In this document: positions 51,001 through 64,000 of the stretch, one piece after another
Layout of the letters: every line of letters begins with the position of its first letter
How positions within the stretch are numbered: position 1 is the first letter of the stretch
NCBI GenBank assembly: GCA_002269645.1
Contig: NIVC01001816.1
Location: 62,001-126,000 of the forward strand
DNA from: Macrostomum lignano
Taxonomy: Eukaryota
Length of the DNA stretch: 64,000 nucleotides
Direction: 5' to 3'
Made by a program: the position numbers and the translations under genes
The notes under the pieces: generated by a model
Database searches by the model: none
Seen by the model: the letters and a program-made list of their open reading frames with translations, nothing else
What the model was told of the DNA's origin: nothing

Positions 51001-51133
51001 CAGCCTTCCAGTGCTGCAATCTGTTGTTTCCGGCGGCGCTCTTTGTTTGTATCATGTCATTAGATGAAGAATTGATTAGATTCGGCAAAGTGATCAAAAC
51101 TATCAATATAATAACTAACTTTTTTGGGATCAT
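48052..51133 (-). CDS. Single-pass membrane protein: signal peptide, uncharacterised N-terminal domain, several EGF-like repeats, TSP1 repeat, TM (~588 aa)
   Basis: Exons 51133-50696, 50207-49895, 49563-49218 and 48721-48052 sum to 1767 nt with phases 0, 1, 2; the third intron is GC-AG. It has EGF Cys patterns (CQCEHGFHGKSCE), TSP1 WSQWTPWTPCSPHC...RRRVC and TM PLIIGITIWVSAGLVGAKLL. Confidence 0.82.
48895..49100. repeat. ~72-bp tandem repeat, ~3 copies, EGF gene intron 3
   Basis: ATTGATACACTT..GAGTGTCTGT.AAAGTACCTCACTGACACACACCCC repeated. Confidence 0.8.
50428..50665 (+). mobile_element. SINE family B copy, EGF gene intron 1
   Basis: GTGGTTAGAGTGTCGGACTCGTGACT...GGTTCGATTC...GTCCTTGAGCAAAGACACTTAAC...CACCCAGCTGTAAAA. 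Confidence 0.85.
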
Positions 51134-52027
51134 ACTTGTCGCTTTATCGAATATTTAAAATCACCTAGCGAATACACTAATGAATCGAAGATTGCTGATG
51201 ACTCTGTTTTTACCAAAATCATGATTCTTTACCGCTTTGAAAAGAGAGCCAGAGCGACCATAGACAATAAAGAATTAGAACTGCACCGATCGGCTGCATG
51301 GCTGGGCTGGGAGTGCAGCGAAGCTACTCCTATTATAGCCCGAGTGTCTATGGGCGTGCCTGCACGAGCAACATTGATGCACGGACCATGGAAGGCTCAA
51401 TGTGTATAGAAATCCATTGTTTAGCAATTTGACGATCATTATTCGCATTTTTTATGCAGAACAATACATTACTACAAACAATGCATTGTTTTTAGGATCC
51501 TCAAACAGAAGAACAATGCAAAGAATCAGCGGTCGTAGCACGTGACAACGATTGTCTGGCGAGCGCCGGTATTTATCCATTCTTGCCTATTAAGCTACAC
51601 TTTCAGAGTGAAGCAGTGAGTGAGTCTTCACCTCACTACCGCAAACTATTTGTGGTTTTCTACTTGTAAAAATAAACTCTGATAAAGTATAAATCAGAGC
51701 AATTGCATTCGCTACTTTTCCAACTTTTCCTACTCAATTCATCGTGCCGTTTAGTTCGCAAAATCATTGGACAATATGGATTGGACAAAACCAAATTGTT
51801 TCTTACAAATCTTTCTATTACTCAAAAGAAAAGATACTATAAAAGATAATATTTATTGATAAATTGGTCTTGAAACACTCTGAACTCAATTCTTTAAAGA
51901 TTCGTTTGCAATTTTAAATTTAACAGTTAACCAGACAGACAGACAGACAGACATCAACTGGAACAAGAGCTCCTTGCTCATATTAAATGAATTAACAGCA
52001 GTGCTAGTAATTCAAGTTCTGTTCAAA

Positions 52028-56947
<4,920 letters not shown>

Positions 56948-57575
56948 AATCAACTATGCTATCTTTACTGCTTCTCTTTAAAATTTCTGCCAACTTGTCT
57001 TGTTTGCGATTTTCTATTGCGATTTAAAAGCAGAATTGTGTTTCCGTTTCCATGGTAACAGTCCTTTCATCTCTCATCAAAGTCTCCCAATCAGCGACTT
57101 CCCTTTTCGATTGAAAAAGCGAATCAAACAAAGTCGCATTGATTCCCGGGATTTCATTATTTTCCAAATCCCCTCGCATTGTGCCGAGTCACGTCTCTCA
57201 GCCCTTCACTGTGTTTTTTTGTATAGAAAATCCCATTTCACTTCATCCGAAAATTCATCTGTTACTTCCTAGCCACTTCCGGTAGCTGACATTCCCAATT
57301 TTGTGACACGTCTGCCGTACAAGCAGGAGACTTTCATCATTGATGGCGCACTGTTCTCGCCATCGTGCCCTGATGCCAGCAGGTGATGTCTTGCTCAGGG
57401 ACTACTCAAACATGTTTGAGTAGTCTCTGGGCATGTTTGATTAGTCCCTGGGCTTGCTTTTTTAATGCATTTCCAAGCGCAAAAGAATATTGATGTTGAA
57501 TTTTTTATTATTTTCAGAATACAGTTTTTTAACTGCATCAATTTTTGTTAACAATATTTGTTAATTCTGCTTCAG

Positions 57576-58417
57576 GGACTGTGTGCACCCTGGTGCAGCT
57601 CAAGCGATATCGAGAGGCATTACTGCCCATTCCGCCGACTCCCCTGAGCAGGCACACAAGCGCGCGGATACGTACGCAGTCATACGCACAGGCACACACT
57701 CACACAGGAGTGTACAGCGGCCCAAACTTTGTTTATCGTTAGACATGTACACTTCACTGTACCTTGAGGTTTGGCTCTCAAGGCCGTTAATTGCACGAGC
57801 AGAGCCAAGCCGAGATTTCAATTCACCTTCCAATTAATGTGACTGCACTTGGAGACTGGGCTGCTAATGCAGGGGCGTAGCCAGGAATTTTGATTGGGGG
57901 GGGGCCGTGAGTTAGGGGGCGCCAGCTTCTTATAGGGGGGCGCCAGTTTCTTTTAGGGGGGGGGCGCCAGTTGCTTATAGGGGGGGCGCCAGCTTCTTAT
58001 AGGGGGGCGCCAGTTTCTTTTAGGGGGGGGGGCGCCAGTTGCTTATAGGGGGGGCGCCAGTTTCTTTTAGGGGGGGCGCCAGTTTCTTTTAGGGGGGGGG
58101 GCGCCAGTTTCTTTTAGCGGGGGGCGCCAGTTTCTTTTAGCGGGGGGGGGGGCGCCAGTTTCTTTTAGCGGGGGGGCGCCAGTTTCTTTTAGGGGGGGGG
58201 GCGCCAGTTTCTTTTAGGGGGGGCGCCAGTTTTTTAGGGGGGGCGCCAGTTTCTTATAGGGGGGGGGGGCGCCAGTTTCTTTTAGGGGGGGGGGGCGCCA
58301 AGGCCAGAGTTGGTTGATTGGGGCGGGCCACGGCCCCCCTTGCCCCCCCTCTGGCTACGCCCCTGTGCTGATGGCCTATATGAGCGCCTTGCTTGACCAC
58401 CGGGCTACCCCCCCCCT
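57576..58417 (-). mobile_element. SINE family A variant interrupted by a hAT-type MITE
   Basis: Body at 57576-57855; the tRNA-like head (reverse complement GGGGGGTAGCCCGGTGGTC) resumes after the MITE at 58374-58417. Confidence 0.7.
57870..58365. mobile_element. hAT-type MITE (496 bp) with internal G-run tandem repeats
   Basis: Perfect 15-bp TIR CAGGGGCGTAGCCAG / CTGGCTACGCCCCTG. The 8-bp TSD is TGCTAATG (57862-57869) and TGCTGATG (58366-58373), with one mismatch. Confidence 0.88.
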
Positions 58418-58559
58418 AAGATGCACCATGTCAAATGCACTTTTCAAGTCAAAGAATGAAGACTAGATGGAATTTTTTTGGAATGGAAATGTAGCACTTG
58501 ATGAGTCGTGCAAACAGGTTGTGAGTCGGGGTCGCATGTGTACTCTACTTATGTACATC

Positions 58560-59475
58560 GGGCCGCTCCCAATCAATATGAATCGGAGGGGTGCTTCCAT
58601 AGCGCTGGCCTGCTGCTCTGCTGCTTCCTTTGCTCTCGCCTTTTTAAGACTTCGTCAAATGAGATGTCCTTGGTTTGCAGCAGGTCTCAGCGCAGCCTCT
58701 TAGATGAGCAATAGGCGACTATCTTGTCGCGAATGAGAGAGTCTCGCAGATGAGCAGTAGGCGACTATCTTGTCGCGAATGAGAGAGTCTCGCAGATGAG
58801 CAGTAGGCGACTATCTTGTCGCGAATGAGAGAGTCTCGCAGATGAACAGTAGGCGACTATCTTGTCGCGAATGAGAGAGTCTCGCAGATGAGCAGTAGGC
58901 TACTATCTTGTCGCGAATGAGAGTCTCGCAGCTGTTCAAAGTTGCAGGCGTCGGCTGCCTTGCGCAGCCACTGGTGCCACTGGTCCACTGACTCTTCTGC
59001 CTGCTGTCGACAGGTCTCAAATTTGAAGCGGAGGAAGACAATGTTGTTCTTTCCGTCCCAGTGTTGCTGGATGTTTTTCCTTGTGACCCTCACCTGCCGC
59101 GATCTGGTTCTTCTCAACTACATTCTGCAGTTCTTCTCCGGCCGCTTAAAGAAGCAGCTGCTGAGCCCTTTTCTCGTCAGAGATTCCGGTCGCTGCGATT
59201 TAGGTCTCAAACCTGCGAGCCCAAGCTGCCCCACGCTTGGGTGTGAGTGTCGCATTCTATCGCAAACGGGCCGGGCAGCGCTAGTGAAATTTGCTGTGTC
59301 ATGCTGCTTATTAGTTCGCGGCTTGCGACGCCACTGTAGTGAGTAAACTCAGACGGTTGGCGCGAGGTGGAAAAATAGTTCGGCTCTCGCAAGAACCCGC
59401 AACCACTAAATGTACATAATTAAAGTACACATGCGACCCCGACTCACACAGGTGAGAGCCAGTTTCACCATAGCA
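58560..59475 (-). pseudogene. Decayed Ty3/gypsy-type LTR retrotransposon 5' end: short LTR, PBS and gag remnant
   Basis: The LTR ends in CA at 59335, followed by PBS TGGCGTCGCAAG at 59333-59322 and ATG at 59302. Translation gives FET*IAATGISDEKRAQQLLL*AAGEELQ...LRFKFETCRQQAEESVDQW..WLRKAADACNF..LRDSLIRDKIV...LLQTKDISFDEVLKKARAKEAAEQQASAM, a typical gag helical region with stops. Confidence 0.8.
58719..58930. repeat. 46-bp tandem repeat, ~4.5 copies, amplifying the LRDSLIRDKIV gag motif
   Basis: Period 46 (58719 to 58765). Confidence 0.9.
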
Positions 59476-59514
59476 CTGGACGCAACTCCGATTGAGAACC
59501 AGGGGTCGGCAAGC

Positions 59515-60030
59515 GCAAGTGCAGATAGAGACCGCAAGTGCCAGATAGAGACCGCAAGTGCCAGATAGAGACCGCAAGTGCCAGATAGAGACCGCAAGTG
59601 CCAGATAGAGACCGCAAGTGCCAGATAGAGACCGCAAGTACCAGATAGAGACCGCAAGTACCAGATAGAGACCGCAAGTGCCAGATAGAGACCGCAAGTG
59701 CTAGATAGAGACGGCAAGTGCCAGATAGAGACCGCAAGTACCAGATAGAGACCGCAAGTACCAGATAGAGACCGCAAGTACCAGATAGAGACCGCAAGTA
59801 CCAGATAGAGACCGCAAGTGCCAGATAGAGACCGCAAGTACCAGATAGAGACCGCAAGTGCCAGATAGAGACCGCAAGTACCAGATAGAGACCGCAAGTG
59901 CCAGATAGAGACCGCAAGTACCAGATAGAGACCGCAAGTGCCAGATAGAGACGGTAAGTGCCAGATAGAGACGGCAAGTGCCAGATAGAGACCGCAAGTG
60001 CCAGATAGAGGCCGCAAGTACCAGATAGAG
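59515..60030. repeat. 20-bp tandem repeat (GTGCCAGATAGAGACCGCAA), ~25 copies
   Basis: Read directly. Confidence 0.93.
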
Positions 60031-60576
60031 AGATAGAAAAAGCAGAGAGAATAGAAGATGAGAGAAGAGAGAAGAGAGAAGAGACGAGAGATGGGATGAG
60101 AGAAGGGAGAGAGGGGAGAGAGGGGGAGAGGAGAGAGAAGAGAGCGGAGAGCCGCATAACTTTTTCTGCGCAGCAACCTAGTGATAATTTTACGTTTTTG
60201 ATAAGCGAACTACTATGAGTAGGATAAGAGCACAGTTAAACTGTAATTTTTTGTCTGTCTCTTATTGGATCAAGATTCAACGGCCAGTAAGAACAGGTGC
60301 CTGTTTTGCTTTATTCGTTTATTCAAAGGAATATTTTCGAGAACTTCAGGTGGTTCTTTGAAACTCGGACAGAGTTCTTTTGAACTTTTATTACCAACAA
60401 GTTTTATATTATTTATCAATATTTACAACGCATACAATGGAGCCTTGTCACCAGGAATTCGGTACAAATAGATCGCTTGGTATGTACACACCAACTATTA
60501 TTTTACTATATCTGATTGTCACAGAGTGCTACCTAGAAGTTTATTACAGAGCTCGAAGGCATACTTTTTACTCCTA

Positions 60577-60838
60577 GGAAAGGAGAGGAGAGGAAAAGAG
60601 ATTTGAGGAGAGGAGAGGAGAGGAGAGGAGAGGAGAGGAGAGGAGAGGAGAGGAGAGGAGAGGAGAGGAGAGGAGAGGAGAGGAGAGGAGAGGAGAGGAG
60701 AGGAGAGGAGAGGAGAGGAGAGGAGAGGAGAGGAGAGGAGAGGAGAGGAGAGGAGAGAGAGAGGAGAGGAGAGGAGAGGAGAGGAGAGGAGAGGAGAGGA
60801 GAGGAGAGGAAAGGAAAGGAGACGAGGAGAGGAGAGGT
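60577..60838. repeat. (GAGAG)n polypurine pentamer array; further GA-rich tracts at 60035-60150 and 61215-61440
   Basis: Read directly. Confidence 0.93.
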
Positions 60839-62599
60839 GGTGTCCAGGAATTCGACCTCGGTGCTGCAGTAGTTAAGTTGCCACCGGATATTCGGTTTGA
60901 GAGCGTCCAGAAGAACCCAACTAACTTATCCTTCGTTCTATGCATCCCGCCGAATATGTTGGGAAGGAGAGGAGAGGAGAAAAAATACAGAAGTGCCAGA
61001 CAACTGAGAGTTTGGTTTAATTGAACAATTGTGATGAAACAGCTTGTCAGAAATATTGTCTATCAGGTAGTTGCATGAGCTTTGTAATGTTTAAAACGAA
61101 TCAATGAGTGCAATTTGCCTTCGATTTCGATAGCGATAAGTTCAAAAGGCAAATAATTGTTTGCCTTAGGGGCTATGGAGATAGAGAATCCAGCTCACGG
61201 CTGCGGGCAGATGAGAGTGGAAATGAGAGAGAATAGAAGATGAGATATGAGAGAAGAGAGGAGATAAAACATATGAGCAGAGAAAAGTGGAGGGGAGAGG
61301 AGAAAAGAGGAGAGAGGGGAGAGAGGAGTGAGAGGAGAGTGCAGAGAAGAGAGGAAAGGAGAGAGAGGAGAGAGGAGAGTGCAGAGAAGAGAGGAAAGGA
61401 GAGAGAGGAGAGAGAAGAGGGGAGAGAAAGAGAGTGAGCTGAGCAGAGTCACAAACCTTAAACTGGCTGGATTGCTATTGCAAAGTTATCAGGGACCCAA
61501 GGGCCGGATAGAGAGGCTTCACGGGCCGCTTGTGTCTGGCCGGCCGGAGCCTGCCGACCCCTGACCAGGTGGCCACGCAGTCTTGAAAAGGTGTTGCATT
61601 TTTCGATTGAAGTGAAAAATAGCTGAGAATTGGCAAGAAGCTCACTTTATAAAGTGAGCTCTAATTCTGAGCAACAGCAAAGAGGATTTGTGCATCCTTG
61701 ATGCTTGTCCTCAAATATTTGAGTTTGTGAGTCGCTGCTAGCAGCTGAGCACACATTAAAATTGTTGGCATCAAGGAAAAGAATTGAGCTGCTTATGCTT
61801 AACATTGTTCAGGCTTAACATTGCACGGTCTCTCCGTGTACGTAGAGCTAAACAACGAAAAGCGGAAATCCTTTGGGAAAACGTACATGTAGGGGATAAA
61901 AATAGAATCGCAGGATGGAGGAAGGAAACGTCTTGGAAGAAAAAACACGGCACAACGAGTGGATTAAGAAATATACACCCTTGAGAAGTTCTTCGAATTC
62001 CCCATTGAAAAAGGTTTTGGTTTGCATAGTTGAATATTATCCAGGCTTTTTTGTGCCCTATATCGGTGTGAACTTTCAAGAAAAAGCTACTCATGAAGCA
62101 CTCTCAAAACTACAAAGTTGGAACTTTGCAAGTCTCCTCAGTAGAAAATAAAGGCAAATATTCGTTGAACGAAACAGAGGCCTCGGACAGATCTCTATAC
62201 GCATATGAGCTAGGTCTCATATCCAAGTAGACTTTTTTCACCTGGGCATGCACCTGGGGAAAACCGAGAAGAAGGAAGAGAGAGAAGAGAGAGAGGGAGG
62301 TCTGATAAGCACCGCATGGAGATTTCGTCAATAGACTTGAGTGGAAAACTTTGAAAGCAGGCAATGCATAGTAAATGAGATGCCAGGGCCTAGGAGAATA
62401 TTTGACGAAGAGAAGTGTTTTCTGGCCTCCGGTGTGGGCGAAAGTGAGCAACGCTTTATCGCCGAAAAACAGCACCAGACACAGCTAGCGTTCTTTAGCG
62501 GTTTGCAGATTAAAAAATATTTTATATTTTAAAATCTACAAAAACTCCGTCTCTTAGAATTCTACCCAAGAGACCTCAAAATGAATGAATAAATTTCAG

Positions 62600-63993
62600 G
62601 TTGGAACCACACAAGCCTAGACTATCAATTCTGTCCTGGATATTTCGATGGCTTTCTGTGCTGGCCACCAACAAGGAATGGCAGTACTGTTTGGATGGCC
62701 TGTCCGGATAGTGAGTTGGCTAGGGATATTCGGCCTAACTTGTCTTTAGAGCTTGAGTTTATAACCTTGCGCGTGTTTTGCCCATGCGGTTCGGAGTATG
62801 TAACCTTGCGCGTGTTTTGCCTATGCGGTTCGGAGTATGTAACCTTGAACGTGTCCTGTCTATGCGGTTTGGAGTGTGTAACCTGGAGCGTGTCCTATCT
62901 ATGCGGTTTGGAGTGTGTAACCTTGAACGTGTCCTGTCTATGCGGTTTGGAGTGTGTAACCTTGAACGTGTCCTGTCTATGCGGTTCGGAGTGTGTAACC
63001 TTGAACGTGTCCTGTCTATGCGGTTTGGAGTGTGTAACCTTGAACGTGTCCTGTCTATGCGGTTCGGAGTGTGTAACCTTGAACGTCCTGTCTATGCGGT
63101 TCGGAGTGTGTAACCTTGAACGTCCTGTCTATGCGGTTCGGAGTGTGTAACCTTGAACGTCCTGTCTATGCGGCTTGGAGTGTGTAACCTGGAGCGTGTC
63201 CTATCTATGCGGTTTGGAGTGTGTAACCTTGAACGTCCTGTCTATGCGGTTCGGAGTGTGTAACCTTGAACGTCCTGTCTATGCGGCTTGGAGTGTGTAA
63301 CCTGGAGCGTGTCCTATCTATGCGGTTTGGAGTGTGTAACCTTGAACGTCCTGTCTATGCGGTTTGGAGTGTGTAACCTTCAGCGTGTCCTGTCTATGCA
63401 GTTTGGAGTGTGTAACCTTGAGCGTGTCCTATCTATGCGGTCCGGAGTGTGTAACCTAGAGCGTGTCCTATCTATGCGGTCCGGAGTGTGTAACCTTGAG
63501 CGTGTCCTGTCTATGCGGTTTGGAGTGTTTAACCTAGCGAAATCGACCATGCTTTAGGGTGAGTTATCAGCTAGATCATGGCTCTCTTACCACGAACCTT
63601 GGTTCCATTCCGAGAGCGACGAAGATCAATCAGGGCTTGTGCATGAGAAATTGGCCCAGGGGTTGTCGCGCTATTCACACCCATGAGGGCCAAACCCCAA
63701 GGCTCAGGCGCTTGTATGTGTGCTCAGGATTGCCTCACCGCGGGTTGTGCAATCAATATTGACTGGTCTGTCTCAACTATAGAGGCTCGCCTTGCATGTG
63801 TACATTTAAATTTAGTATCAAACCAACTCTGACTCCTACGCAGAGCCAGACGCTGTGAAAGCTTCGAGGGTGTGTCATCAATCCGGACGATGGTTGTCTC
63901 GCGGCGGAGTTCCCGTGGACGATCCGAAAGACTCGTACAGCAGCTATGCACTGTGCCTACTGCCTTTCACCCGGGAGTTTGTCAAAGATAAAA
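62600..63993 (+). CDS. Class B (secretin-family) GPCR, two exons of the extracellular hormone-binding domain; partial, upstream exons not identified, gene continues right
   Basis: Exons 62600-62710 (FCPGYFDGFLCWPPTRNGSTVWMACPD) and 63844-63993 (ASRVCHQSGRW...YSSYALC), both phase 1-1. They give the C-x4-D-x3-CWP-x10-CP...C-x3-G-W...Y-x2-C HRM pattern. Confidence 0.85.
62755..63540. repeat. 39-41-bp tandem repeat (GTGTGTAACCTTGAACGTGTCCTGTCTATGCGGTTTGGA), ~19 copies, GPCR intron
   Basis: Read directly. Confidence 0.92.
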
Positions 63994-64000
63994 GTAACGA

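Noticed and set aside
60846-60965. Open frame EFDLGAAVVKLPPDIRFESVQKNPTNLSFVL after a CCAG, faintly lipoxygenase-like
   Set aside because: Too short, no donor, runs into GA repeats; cannot be assigned.
61771-62475. Minus-strand ORFs with VHTDIGHKK, a possible integrase HHCC remnant
   Set aside because: No downstream CxxC or DDE motif recognisable; evidence insufficient.

Overview
Eukaryotic (invertebrate) genomic DNA with GT-AG introns packed with tandem repeats and tRNA-derived SINEs. The style resembles a free-living flatworm such as Macrostomum, which is an inference, not a database match. I reconstructed exon structures by hand for 10 protein-coding genes. On the minus strand at the left are an intron-containing, apparently mitochondrion-targeted tRNA 2-selenouridine synthase (SelU/MnmH, truncated by the window edge) and YIPF1/2. 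Head-to-head with these is a tight plus-strand cluster NEDD1 - FERRY3 (C12orf4) - BOLA3, with an intronless PAN/C-type-lectin gene nested on the same strand in the BOLA3 intron. Then come three minus-strand genes (a MATH-domain protein, an EGF/TSP1 membrane protein and a selectin-like CTL+4xSushi membrane protein) and two exons of a class B GPCR at the right edge. Main highlights: (1) a bacterial-type selenium/geranyl tRNA-modifying enzyme encoded as a spliced animal nuclear gene with a transit-peptide-like N-terminus; (2) two divergent operon-like clusters in which every upstream gene has AATAAA fused to its stop codon; (3) two genes with no in-frame ATG but an in-frame AG acceptor, as expected if a trans-spliced leader supplies the start Met; (4) inverted SINEs flanking one exon, satellite-only introns and an array of duplicated splice donors. 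Nearly all long ORFs in the supplied track that lie over repeats are artefacts.
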